Shown piece by piece: positions 22,731 through 31,325 of a stretch of 32,000 nt of DNA. Numbering within the stretch: the first letter of the stretch is position 1; every line of letters starts with the position of its first letter. This DNA is from Nitrososphaerota archaeon (GTDB taxonomy: Archaea; Thermoproteota; Nitrososphaeria_A; Caldarchaeales; Calditenuaceae), in the NCBI GenBank assembly GCA_038741355.1, contig JAVYLC010000004.1, forward strand, positions 23,222-55,221, read 5' to 3'. A program made the position numbers and the translations under genes. The notes under the pieces were generated by a model, which was not told the origin of the DNA, ran no database searches, and saw nothing but the letters and a program-made list of their open reading frames with translations.

Positions 22731-23132
22731 TCAAGCTTCATCACATACCTGTCCGATGTTGTCTTGTTGCCTATCGGAGATTGCTCGCTGTAAGACGGTA
22801 TCAACCGCCTTTAGCACTCCCTCTCCTCTGCTTTCGATGAAGAGGTCACGGTATCTTGGAATTCTGGCGCAGAGTTCTACTATGTATTCTTCCCTACGTT
22901 TTTTCTCATAGAGGAGCTCAGCTTGTTTTTGACGCAGGCTCTCCAAGTTCTTCGCCTCTCGGTCAAGTGCTTCTAACTTGGCGTAGAGCTCCTGTAGTCT
23001 CACCAGGTTTGAAATCTTTGAGGCCCTGAGGCCTGTCAGCAAGAGTAGGATAGTGGTTACCAGTGCTAGGGAAATGGCAGCTACTAGGATGTTGAGTAGG
23101 ATGGAAACTGCAGCTCCAAGCATGCCTAGCAT
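22731..23132 (-). CDS. hypothetical membrane-anchored coiled-coil protein
   Basis: N-terminal TM segment MLGMLGAAVSILLNILVAAISLALVTTILLLLTG, followed by heptad-like LQELYAKLEALDREAKNLESLRQKQAELL. Confidence 0.45.
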   Translation of the reverse strand: MLGMLGAAVSILLNILVAAISLALVTTILLLLTGLRASKISNLVRLQELYAKLEALDREAKNLESLRQKQAELLYEKKRREEYIVELCARIPRYRDLFIESRGEGVLKAVDTVLQRAISDRQQDNIGQVCDEA

Positions 23133-23207
23133 CGATCCTTGATGAGGGGCCAGAGGGGCTTCCTCCCCCCGCGAATCCTCTTCTCAACCTTAACCCTATC
23201 CACTCCC

Positions 23208-23580
23208 TTAGGAATGCTCCTCTCCAGCTCCTCGAAATCTCTCGGCCACTTGTAGGGCAGAGCCTACTTCACCCTCCTTAACCTCCAGCGCCCTGATATA
23301 ATCGGCTACTTTGCGAATTTCAGATACGATCTCTTCATCACACAACAGATTGGCGAGCTCTTGAATTTGGTTCTTCAGAGGCTCTTGACGGGCTATCAGC
23401 TCCTGCCTCCTCCGGCTCACAGTCTGAAAACGCTCCTTCCTCCCAGAAATCTCCAGCTGCAGCCTCTCCCTTCCCTACAGAGCCTCTTCATATTTTTTAA
23501 TTGTTTATGGCGAGCATCCAGCTCGCCGAGCTCGCGCACAAATCGCTTAAGCTTATTACTGAGACTCTCATTTTCCATGA
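23208..23580 (-). pseudogene. frameshifted coiled-coil protein gene
   Basis: ATG 23580 opens MENESLSNKLKRFVRELGELDARHKQLK.., which terminates early. The coiled-coil reading continues in another frame (..LQLEISGRKERFQTVSRRRQELIARQEPLKNQIQEL..) as track ORF 23208..23420. Confidence 0.4.
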
Positions 23581-23733
23581 ATACTGCGCTCAATGTCGTG
23601 CAGGCAATTTAGGAGGCAATGCTCGATTTTCATTCGGCTTCTCAGACGTTGTCAGACGACCGGCCCCTAGCCAAACCCTCCCCCTATTTTTCCCTTTCAA
23701 ACATAAATATTCGGGAAAGTGCTGCTTTTCCAT

Positions 23734-23831
23734 GGGCCCGTAGCTCAGCTTGGACAGAGAAGATATAAGCATATCTCTGGAACGTCGGCCTTCTAAGCCG
23801 GAGGTCGCGGGTTCGAGTCCCGCCGGGCCCG
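23734..23831 (+). tRNA. tRNA-Arg(TCT): tRNA-Arg(TCT) with an intron of about 23 nt in the 3' strand of the D-stem (non-canonical position)
   Basis: Acceptor GGGCCCG/CGGGCCC plus discriminator G. D-arm GCTC-AGCTTGGACA-GAG[AAGATATAAGCATATCTCTGGAA]C. Anticodon arm TCGGC-CTTCTAA-GCCGG. T-arm GCGGG-TTCGAGT-CCCGC. The intron forms an AGATAT/ATATCT hairpin. An ATAAATAT box is centred about 28 nt upstream. Confidence 0.85.
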
Positions 23832-23878
23832 AATCCTGTATTTTATTATGGTGTGGCGGTCTAGGTATGATAACATTG

Positions 23879-24193
23879 TTAGGGATAGGTGGGGGGTGGG
23901 TTTGCGGGGGGTTTTAGCCGTCCTGTCCGCACTAAGCAGCCCACGAGCCTTTGCTGTTTTCTACTCACCGTGAATCCTATCAGTCTGTAGAACACCAGCC
24001 GAGAGCCAGCAGTAATACATAACCCATATTCGTCCTTCTTAGTCCTATATGTTTTTCCCGTCCCCGGTTCTCTGAGGATCGTTCCACTCTTTGATTTAAG
24101 ATGTAGTCCTGTCGTCTCTATCCCTAGGACCTCCGAAGGATGATAAGCGATAAGAGGCTCTCTAGGGTGGGAGGGAGAAGATGTCATGGACAT
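23879..24193 (-). pseudogene. SSV-type integrase N-terminal [Int(N)]-like remnant pointing into the tRNA-Arg 3' end
   Basis: The segment KKDEYGLCITAGSRLVFYRLIGFTVSRKQQRLVGCL has the YG..I...R..VY.L......K.R.VG.L pattern I recall from SSV-type integrase N-termini. About 33 codons separate it from the tRNA, as expected for an att inside the int gene. The frame is now interrupted by stops before the tRNA. Confidence 0.4.
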
Positions 24194-24591
24194 TTAGACG
24201 AGGCCTGAGGCCTAGATCCTAACGGAAGTAGAGGAGGCGCGCCCAGCAAACGATACTCTCCTCAAAATAGTCAAGGGCTCGATGGTGGCTTACACAGGCA
24301 TCCTCACGTGGGACGAGGTCGTCTGGGTTGTGTGGAAGATTGCAGGCCGCCAAACTGTAATCAAGCAAGGAAGCGCCTTACTCTCATTACCTAATCTAAG
24401 ACTTCTAAGCATGGATGAGGAGTTGGAGCTAAAGGCACAAGAAGTCTTCGAAAAATATAATTTAGCTCCAAGGGAAAGTTTGCACTTTTGAGTCGCGTTA
24501 TCGAACGGTAATAACTAGAATACTCAGCGAGGACCCCGACTTAGATGCAGTGTGTGAGACTCGCAGAACATATCTAGCAGAGCTGAAATAG
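24186..24591 (+). pseudogene. PIN-domain (VapC-like) pseudogene
   Basis: Reads MDI*TRPEA*ILTEVEEA..YTGILTWDEVVWVVWK..EVFEKYNLAPRESLHF*VALSNG, then a +1 shift to ITRILSEDPDLDAV..LAELK*. That is two in-frame TAGs, one in-frame TGA and one frameshift in an otherwise typical PIN sequence. Confidence 0.65.
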
Positions 24592-24790
24592 AAGAGAAAA
24601 CTGAGCTCGCTCTGGACATCTGTGTCACGTTCAACTTAGTGAAGTCTGTCCATACTTGGGGTCTGGCTTCCATCGAGCTCGCCTGAAAAGATTAGTAGGT
24701 CTACGTCGCCAAACCTGAAGATACCCGGTAAAACGCGGAGTAGAGCCTCACGTGCCCTGCCCCAAACCATCTGGGAATCCATTTACCTAT

Positions 24791-24871
24791 ATTCTTTTTA
24801 AGAATGAGGTATGCGTATTTAAGAATTTATATAGGGATTAGTAAATGTTTATGTATAACCCAAACACGTGT
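24791..24871 (+). promoter_or_regulatory. upstream control region of the sugar ABC operon: palindrome, repeated half-site, TATA-like boxes, ACACGTGT palindrome
   Basis: ATTCTTtttAAGAAT (24791-24805). TTTAAGAAT repeated at 24797-24805 and 24818-24826 (21-bp spacing). TATA-like TTTATATAG (about 24826-24834) and TTTATGTATAA (24848-24858). ACACGTGT at 24864-24871, just before ATG 24876. Confidence 0.35.
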
Positions 24872-24875
24872 CTAC

Positions 24876-26450
24876 ATGCGAGAAATGAAAAGAGCATACA
24901 TTATAGGCGCTATAGTAGCAGTAATAGCCATCGTGGCTGGCTTATCGGCTGTCTTATTCGTTGCACCGCCTTCCCGAGAAGTTGTTACTAGTATCGTAAC
25001 GGTACCCGGAGGAGAGAGAGTGGTAACACTAGTAACGACCGTAGCGGGGCGAGAGGTGACACAAGTTGTTACCCAGGAACGTGTTGTAACTCAGGTAGTA
25101 ACCGTCGAAAGACCCAAGCTCGTTATATGGTGGAATAAAGGGTATTATGCTGAAGAGGACCTAGCCCTGATGCAAGCAGCTCAGGAGTTCGGTAGGTTGA
25201 AGGGTGCTGATGTGGAGGTGTCCTTCTTTACCACCGAGGATATACCCAAGAAACTCATCGCTGCGTTGGAGGCCGGAAACCCGCCTGACGTTGCTTATGC
25301 ACACTTCGAGGACTGGATGCTGTCTCCTAGGTGGGCCTGGGATGGGCTCCTAGAGGATGTAAGCGATATCGTGAACGAGAACAAGGATAGATATATTCCG
25401 GAAGCCCTTCAGACAGCTTGGCTATACAACAACAAGGAGAAAAAATACAGCTATTACAAAGTTCCAATGCAGATGCAGACGATACACATACACTATTGGA
25501 AGGATTTTGTAGCTGAGGCTGGGTTTGACCCCGCTCCCGAAAAGATACCGAGGACTTGGGACGAGTTCTGGAACTTCTGGTTTACGGTTCAGGACAGGTT
25601 GAGAGCGAAGGATCCTGAGAAGTATAGAGAAGTATATGCTGTCGGGTGGACGCTCGGAACAGGCTCTACAGACGCCTTCTACAACTTCGAGACAATATAC
25701 CTGTACTACGCTAAGAAGCCGATAGTTACGCCTGATGGCAAGCTAAACTTGGATGACCCTGATGTCCGAGAGGCGTTAATAAACACTTTCAAATTCATAG
25801 TCAACCTGCATGAAAAAGGGTATAATCCGCCGGGCTCCTTGACGTGGACTGATCCAGACAACAACGTGGCGTTTCACGCGAGGAAAATAGTGATGGTCCC
25901 AAACCCGACCATATCCATACCTGCGGCCCAGTACTTTGGGGCTGTTGGTTCCAGGGAAAACTACTACACTAAGATGGCTACGGTGGACTGGCCTACTGGC
26001 CCCGATGGCAGGGAGCCTCCCAGGCTAATAGCTGTCAAATCGCTGCTCGTCTTCAAGACCTCGAAGAACAAGGAGTTGGCAAAGGACTTCATAAGGTACT
26101 TCATCAGCAAAGACATTCTAAACGCGTATACTAAGGCATCTGCAGGGAGATGGGCACCCGTCTTCAAGGATATACTCAACGAGGACAAATTCTACTTTGA
26201 AGGATTTAAAGCGGGGGCCGCGGCCTTCGGTGCGCCGGGAGACCCGCACGTCCCAGTTGCCTACAACCAATTTAGGACCGGAAAACTTGTTCCGTTCTAC
26301 TACGTCTATCACCCGGCATACAGTCAAGTATACGCCGAGAGGACGTGGATAGTCTATCTGAATAAGGTGATCGTTGAGAAATACCCGTTGGAGAAGGCTG
26401 TTGACGAGGCTATAGCCCGTGTGAAGCAGATCTTCGCGGAGTGGAAATGA
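24876..26450 (+). CDS. ABC transporter extracellular sugar-binding protein (CUT1 / family 1 SBP), membrane-anchored
   Basis: N-terminal anchor MKRAYIIGAIVAVIAIVAGLSAV. Val/Thr-rich repetitive linker (VVTSIVTV..VVTLVTTV..VTQVVTQERVVTQVVTV). Then an SBP fold (LVIWWNKGYYAEED..). The track start at 24804 lies inside the promoter-like region. ATG 24876 or 24885 is more plausible. Confidence 0.8.
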   Translation: MREMKRAYIIGAIVAVIAIVAGLSAVLFVAPPSREVVTSIVTVPGGERVVTLVTTVAGREVTQVVTQERVVTQVVTVERPKLVIWWNKGYYAEEDLALMQAAQEFGRLKGADVEVSFFTTEDIPKKLIAALEAGNPPDVAYAHFEDWMLSPRWAWDGLLEDVSDIVNENKDRYIPEALQTAWLYNNKEKKYSYYKVPMQMQTIHIHYWKDFVAEAGFDPAPEKIPRTWDEFWNFWFTVQDRLRAKDPEKYREVYAVGWTLGTGSTDAFYNFETIYLYYAKKPIVTPDGKLNLDDPDVREALINTFKFIVNLHEKGYNPPGSLTWTDPDNNVAFHARKIVMVPNPTISIPAAQYFGAVGSRENYYTKMATVDWPTGPDGREPPRLIAVKSLLVFKTSKNKELAKDFIRYFISKDILNAYTKASAGRWAPVFKDILNEDKFYFEGFKAGAAAFGAPGDPHVPVAYNQFRTGKLVPFYYVYHPAYSQVYAERTWIVYLNKVIVEKYPLEKAVDEAIARVKQIFAEWK

Positions 26451-27277
26451 GCTATAGGCAAACCAATTTTCTAGGTCTCATTTTTTCCACTCCATTCCTC
26501 ACAGTCTTCTCTATATTTGTCGTATACCCCCTGCTATATTCAGCCATCACGGTCTCATCAGGCGAGTATCTCACACGCGTTATGGCCGATCCACTCTTCT
26601 TGCGCTCACTAATTAACACCATGATCTACGTAGGTATTGGGGTTAATGTGAAAATGATGCTTGCGCTGTTACTCTCAGGATTACTGACATTTACACGTTA
26701 TAAAATAACACGCATAATATCTTACGTCTATCTGCTTCCCTGGGCAGTCCCCATAATTGCGGGGGTGATATCTTTCAGGTGGATGCTTCAGAGGGAGTGG
26801 GGAATTGTAAATAAATTTTTAATAGACGTGGGCTTACAGCCAGTTAACTGGCTCGGAAGCTATGAAGGGGCAATGTCTGCCCTCATCTTCTTCCATATCT
26901 GGAAGTGGACGCCACTGTGGACGCTGATCTTCTACGCAGCCCGCCAAGGCATAGACCCATCCCTGTACGAAGCCGCTAAGATTGATGGTGCCTCACGCGT
27001 TTACGAGTTTATACATATAACTATGCCCCACTTAAAATATCTCTACATCTTCAACACACTCCTCTCAACAATCTGGGTTTCAGGCGAGTTCGACATACCC
27101 TATCTTCTTACCAGAGGCGACCCTGGTGAAATGACCCACATGCTGTCAACCCTCGGGTTTAGATACGCTTTTGTCCTATTAAGATTAAGAGAGGGCCTGT
27201 CCCTATATCTAATGGTTATACCCGTATTGCTAATCTTTATCGTCCTACTTCTAAAGATGTTTGGGGTGAGGCGCTAA
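26447..27277 (+). CDS. sugar ABC transporter permease (MalF/UgpA-like)
   Basis: Six-TM profile. EAA-loop-like SLYEAAKIDGASRVYEFIHITMPHL. ATG 26447 overlaps the SBP stop (ATGA). The track ORF starts at GTG 26441. Confidence 0.85.
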   Translation: MSYRQTNFLGLIFSTPFLTVFSIFVVYPLLYSAITVSSGEYLTRVMADPLFLRSLINTMIYVGIGVNVKMMLALLLSGLLTFTRYKITRIISYVYLLPWAVPIIAGVISFRWMLQREWGIVNKFLIDVGLQPVNWLGSYEGAMSALIFFHIWKWTPLWTLIFYAARQGIDPSLYEAAKIDGASRVYEFIHITMPHLKYLYIFNTLLSTIWVSGEFDIPYLLTRGDPGEMTHMLSTLGFRYAFVLLRLREGLSLYLMVIPVLLIFIVLLLKMFGVRR

Positions 27278-28116
27278 TGATTAAACGCGCCCTCTCAACG
27301 TTAACTGTCTACACCATATCTATATTAGTGCTAATTTGGATAGTCTTCCCAATATATTGGATGATAACAGTATCGTTCAAGACTGGCGACAAATTATTCA
27401 ATCCAGAATACATAGTGACGTCACCATCCATTGAGTCATACATTGCAGTAGTGACTCAAGACTACTTCAGGGTCATGTACTTCTGGCGGCAACTACTCAA
27501 CAGCATATATGTGGCTTCACTTACCGTGGCTTTCACCTTGATTATATCAATATTCGTTGGCTATGCTATGGCTAGGTTAAGGTTTAGAGGTAAAACGGCG
27601 GTCTCAACCCTCACCCTGACAACCTATGTCTTTCCCTACGCCTTTCTCTCTATCCCATACTTTATCCTGATGACATCCATGGGTCTGCTCAACACCCATA
27701 TATCCGTGGTTATAGCTCAAGTTATATTCGTCTCACCATATGCCATCTGGCTCCTGTGGGAATATTCTAGAAGCATACCGGTCGAGGTGGATGAGTCCGC
27801 GATAATCGACGGAGCTAGTCCAGCGGTAATATTTTACAGGATCTTCTTACCCTTATCACTACCCGCGCTGGCAGCCATAGGCGCATATGCGTTCCTCTTC
27901 TCCTGGAACCAATACCTATACCCGTTCATGCTCCTATCCTCGGAGACAGAGCTGACCCTTCCCGTAGCTATGGGCTTCTTCCTAGTGAGTGATGAGGCAC
28001 CATGGAACATCTTCATGGCCACTGCGACGCTATACTCCATACCCCCAATAATATTCTACTACCTGTTCAAGCGTTACCTAATCGCCGGCCTCGTAGCCGG
28101 AGCAATGAAGAGGTAA
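27277..28116 (+). CDS. sugar ABC transporter permease (MalG/UgpE-like)
   Basis: EAA-loop ESAIIDGASPAVIFYRIFLPLSLPAL. TAATG overlap with the upstream permease gene. Confidence 0.85.
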   Translation: MIKRALSTLTVYTISILVLIWIVFPIYWMITVSFKTGDKLFNPEYIVTSPSIESYIAVVTQDYFRVMYFWRQLLNSIYVASLTVAFTLIISIFVGYAMARLRFRGKTAVSTLTLTTYVFPYAFLSIPYFILMTSMGLLNTHISVVIAQVIFVSPYAIWLLWEYSRSIPVEVDESAIIDGASPAVIFYRIFLPLSLPALAAIGAYAFLFSWNQYLYPFMLLSSETELTLPVAMGFFLVSDEAPWNIFMATATLYSIPPIIFYYLFKRYLIAGLVAGAMKR

Positions 28117-28254
28117 GCCCAGATTCGATAGGAGTAGTTTACTCTACCAGACTATCCCTGTGCGCTAACGCTTCTAAAACATTTGACTATGGACAGACGG
28201 CCCATACGTATATTTGGAGAGACTCCTAAGACTGCGTATTTTCAGGTGACGGCA

Positions 28255-30813
28255 TTATCTTTGAAGGACTATTGTTTTTATCTCGTGGGGTTTTAGTGTT
28301 AGCTTTAGCTTGTTGTTTTCTATGGTTAGTGGTTTGACCGGTCTTTCGAGGAGGTCGGCTTCCTGAGCTTCCTTTATGTCGAGCGCGACTTTAAGCGTCA
28401 CTGTGGCTTCCCTACCATGCGGCTCGTAGAGTCTCAGCACCATGTTTGGGCCGTCTTCAGCCAGTTTCACGGCTGTGACTGGTGCATCATCGCCGTCAAT
28501 GCTTATGAAAGAGTATGTTTTTGGGAGCCGCCCCCCGTGAGCCTCTTCTAACCTAGCTATGAGCGGGTTGTTGAACTCTATCGCCCTTCTGACTGTCTGA
28601 GCCTCCCTCCAGTCTCCCAGGTGCGGGTATAGGCCTATTCTCGCCACGTGTCTTCCCTGGTCTGTAGGCTCCTCGCCCCTCAGCCAGCTCTCCAACGAAA
28701 CTGCTGGCCACCTAGGCGGATAGCTTGGGCTCCTCAGAAGCGTCACTCTAAGCTCATGCATCGTCGAGTCAAACCCGTACTTACAGTCATTGAGTACGCT
28801 CAAGCCCATACCGTCTTTCTCAGAGCTCTTATCGATCCACTTCTGCCCGGGAACCTCGTGTTTGGCTCTTTCAAAGAGCGACGCCCACTCGGAGTAGGGG
28901 ATTCTCCTGCGTATGTAGCCGTAGGGTATCTCATAGTATACATATTCGCCCTCGATGCTGGTTGGTATTGAGAGCTTGGCGAGCCTGTGCCAAGCCCTCC
29001 AGTCGAACTCTATCTCGAGATAGAGTATCGGAATCTTAGTATACATTATTGTTTTGACAGTTATGTCCGAATCCTCCCTACCCTCTTGGCGGTACTTATA
29101 CCTCGATGCGACAACCACCCTTACAGGTCCATGCTCAACCACCCCGACTCCTATCGGCTCGTCCAGCCGGACAGACTTCACACCCTCGCCCTGGTCGAAG
29201 ATGTATATCTCCCACGCATCGAAGAGTACGGCCTCGTATCCACCATCCAGCGCCTTACGAGCCGAGGCTGGGACATCTTCAAAGACATGAACCGCAACAG
29301 CTTCACCGGGTCTGACAACATCCCTCCCAGACCCCTTATGCCTGATGCTTGTTATCAGGCCTGATTGGCGGTCTATCTCCGCGGATAAGAACTCGTTCTC
29401 AAGAACAATTTTTCCCTGGGCCTCTTTGACCGACACTCTTGTCGGCGCTGGCTGCATCTTCTCCTTTGATGTAATGCGGTATTCTTTGAATCCCATCGGT
29501 GGCACACCCTCTGCAATGAAGAGCAACTTGCTGCGGCCTCCATCACTGACCACCTGTGAAGCGGTAGGCCGCCCCTCATGATCCACTATCAAGGGCTCTT
29601 CTACTTCTCCGAGACTGCTAATGTCCAGCTCGACTATTCCATCCCTTGCCCAAGATTGGGTGTTGAAGACAAGTATTGATTTTCCATCACCCCGAGTGTC
29701 CGTTTTCTTCGCGATAGCCTCTATTGAGCGCTCCACTATGCCGGATAGCCTATTGTAGACTCTCTCATAGTCCTGCATGACCTCTTCATAGACCTCTTTG
29801 ACCGAGCTGCCGCAGATGGCGTCGTGGAATTGATAGAATAGAATTGTTTTCCAAGCCTCTCTTAGCTCTTCGCGGGGGTATCGGAGCCCGAGGCCCTCGG
29901 CAAATACTGCTAGCTTCTCAGCATTCTCTATCAATACCTCTATTCTCCTATTCCACTTCTTAATCTCCGCCTGGGTGGTGTAGGTTCCTCTGTGGAACTG
30001 CAGGTAAAGCTCATCGTCCACAACCGGCAGACTGGTTGATTTTGCATGCTTCTCTAGCTGGCTGAAGTATTCAGCCGCTGTGGAGAACTTTACAGCCCTG
30101 TCTCCGCTACTGTACTTGTTCATCCACTCTAAAGCCCTTTCTACATGTGTCTCAGATATGCCGCCGCCGTGGTCTCCATAGCCGAAGAGAACAAGCAAAT
30201 CCTCTATACCGTGTCTGAGCCGCAGGGTTAGAAGCTGCCGCTCAATATCCCCCCAATTGTCGAGCGACTCACTATAGCTGCCTAACGTCTGGTGTGAGAG
30301 GACCTCGGAGCCGTCAGGAGATCTCCACCAGAAAACATTGTACGGAAAGACTGTAGCATCGTTCCACTTGAGCTTCTGTGTTAGGAAGTACTTGATCCCA
30401 GACTTGGCCAGTATCTGCGGGAGTGTCCAGCAGTATCCGAAGGAGTCTGGGAGCCAGGCTATCTCCACGTCCACCCCGAACTTTTCCAAGAAGTATCGCT
30501 TGCCATAGAGCATCTGCCTGACGAGCGACTCACCCGACGGCAGGTTACAGTCAAACTCAACCCAGGAGCCGCCGACAATACCCCACCTCCCCTCCCTCAC
30601 CCTAGCCCTTATCCTCTCAAACAGGTCTGGATGACTCTTCTCCACCCACTCATAATACTGGGCAGTGCTCTGGCAGAAGGTTAAGCCCGGATACTTGTCC
30701 ATAAGATCTAAGACCCGGCTAAATGTTTCTACGCAGACCTTCAGCGTCTCATCTTTTGCCCAGAGCCACACAGCATCTATATGGCTGTGACCCAGAAGAT
30801 GGATGGTGGCCAA
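28255..30813 (-). CDS. glycoside hydrolase family 38 alpha-mannosidase
   Basis: N-terminal IHLLGHSHIDAVWLW metal-site motif. About 850 aa with GH38 central and C-terminal regions. TTG start about 27 nt downstream of a TTATTAAATA box (minus strand, about 30834-30846). Confidence 0.85.
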   Translation of the reverse strand: MATIHLLGHSHIDAVWLWAKDETLKVCVETFSRVLDLMDKYPGLTFCQSTAQYYEWVEKSHPDLFERIRARVREGRWGIVGGSWVEFDCNLPSGESLVRQMLYGKRYFLEKFGVDVEIAWLPDSFGYCWTLPQILAKSGIKYFLTQKLKWNDATVFPYNVFWWRSPDGSEVLSHQTLGSYSESLDNWGDIERQLLTLRLRHGIEDLLVLFGYGDHGGGISETHVERALEWMNKYSSGDRAVKFSTAAEYFSQLEKHAKSTSLPVVDDELYLQFHRGTYTTQAEIKKWNRRIEVLIENAEKLAVFAEGLGLRYPREELREAWKTILFYQFHDAICGSSVKEVYEEVMQDYERVYNRLSGIVERSIEAIAKKTDTRGDGKSILVFNTQSWARDGIVELDISSLGEVEEPLIVDHEGRPTASQVVSDGGRSKLLFIAEGVPPMGFKEYRITSKEKMQPAPTRVSVKEAQGKIVLENEFLSAEIDRQSGLITSIRHKGSGRDVVRPGEAVAVHVFEDVPASARKALDGGYEAVLFDAWEIYIFDQGEGVKSVRLDEPIGVGVVEHGPVRVVVASRYKYRQEGREDSDITVKTIMYTKIPILYLEIEFDWRAWHRLAKLSIPTSIEGEYVYYEIPYGYIRRRIPYSEWASLFERAKHEVPGQKWIDKSSEKDGMGLSVLNDCKYGFDSTMHELRVTLLRSPSYPPRWPAVSLESWLRGEEPTDQGRHVARIGLYPHLGDWREAQTVRRAIEFNNPLIARLEEAHGGRLPKTYSFISIDGDDAPVTAVKLAEDGPNMVLRLYEPHGREATVTLKVALDIKEAQEADLLERPVKPLTIENNKLKLTLKPHEIKTIVLQR

Positions 30814-30944
30814 AGCACTACTAGCGCTTACCAGATATTTAATAAGCGTTTAAGCTCCAAGCTACACTGCGCAGAGAAGCGCAGCGAAGAGGGCCTCCCG
30901 CTGTAGATAGGTAAAAAAGTCTGGCTGAACGTTATGATCTGCGG

Positions 30945-31061
30945 GCCGGGGTCCCATAGCGGCCATTGGGGCGGCCTCGAGATCATAAAACCCCATGCTG
31001 GCCTGACGTGACAGCCGCTGCCCCTTGACGGGGCGCGTGGGTTCGAATCCCACCCCCGGCG
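30945..31061 (+). tRNA. tRNA-Ser(CGA): tRNA-Ser(CGA), class II, with an intron of about 31 nt at the canonical 37/38 position
   Basis: Acceptor GCCGGGG/CCCCGGC plus G. 3-bp D-stem. Anticodon arm GCGGC-CTCGAG[ATCATAAAACCCCATGCTGGCCTGACGTGAC]A-GCCGC. Long variable arm GCCCC..GGGGC. T-arm GTGGG-TTCGAAT-CCCAC. Confidence 0.8.
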
Positions 31062-31254
31062 ATCCTGGATATTCTATTTTATGTATTGTAAGTGGGTGTT
31101 TAGAAAAAGGTGGGGAGGTTTGGTTGGGCGGCATGTTTAGTTGTCTGTGCCTCTTTAGGTAGTTTTCGAGCCGTTTGATGATAGATATCGCGGGGAGAGG
31201 AGGCTTCTCTATACTAATTGACCCACTATCCGACCCCTCCATCGGATTTCTCAT
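31062..31254 (-). pseudogene. possible SSV-type Int(N) stub reading into the 3' end of tRNA-Ser
   Basis: These are the first 64 codons of track ORF 30862..31254 (MRNPMEGSDSGSISIEKPPLPAISIIKRLENYLKRH..). They lie outside the tRNA, and the frame then runs antisense through the T-arm (..GVGFEPTRP). PL....I..LE.YLK resembles the GPL..VVE.YLK segment of SSV-type integrases as I recall it. Confidence 0.3.
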
Positions 31255-31325
31255 GAGCCATTAGCTTTCCTCCTAAGACACGCAATTCTAGAGAGATACC
31301 CACTTATGTGGGAGAAAGGTGTATA

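Noticed and set aside
22451-22840. 129-aa plus-strand ORF
   Set aside because: It has no motifs. The opposite strand carries recognisable AbrB-type debris and the 3' end of the coiled-coil membrane protein gene.
24804-24875. Upstream ATG 24804 as the start of the sugar-binding protein
   Set aside because: It would add 24 non-signal-like residues (MRYAYLRIYIGISKCLCITQTRVY) and would place the TATA-like boxes and palindromes inside the coding sequence. ATG 24876 or 24885 precedes the membrane anchor directly.
30862-31254. 130-aa ORF in the track, considered as a bona fide protein gene
   Set aside because: Its middle section is simply the antisense of tRNA-Ser (GFEPTRP is the antisense T-arm). 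Only the first ~64 codons outside the tRNA are retained, as a low-confidence Int(N)-like stub.
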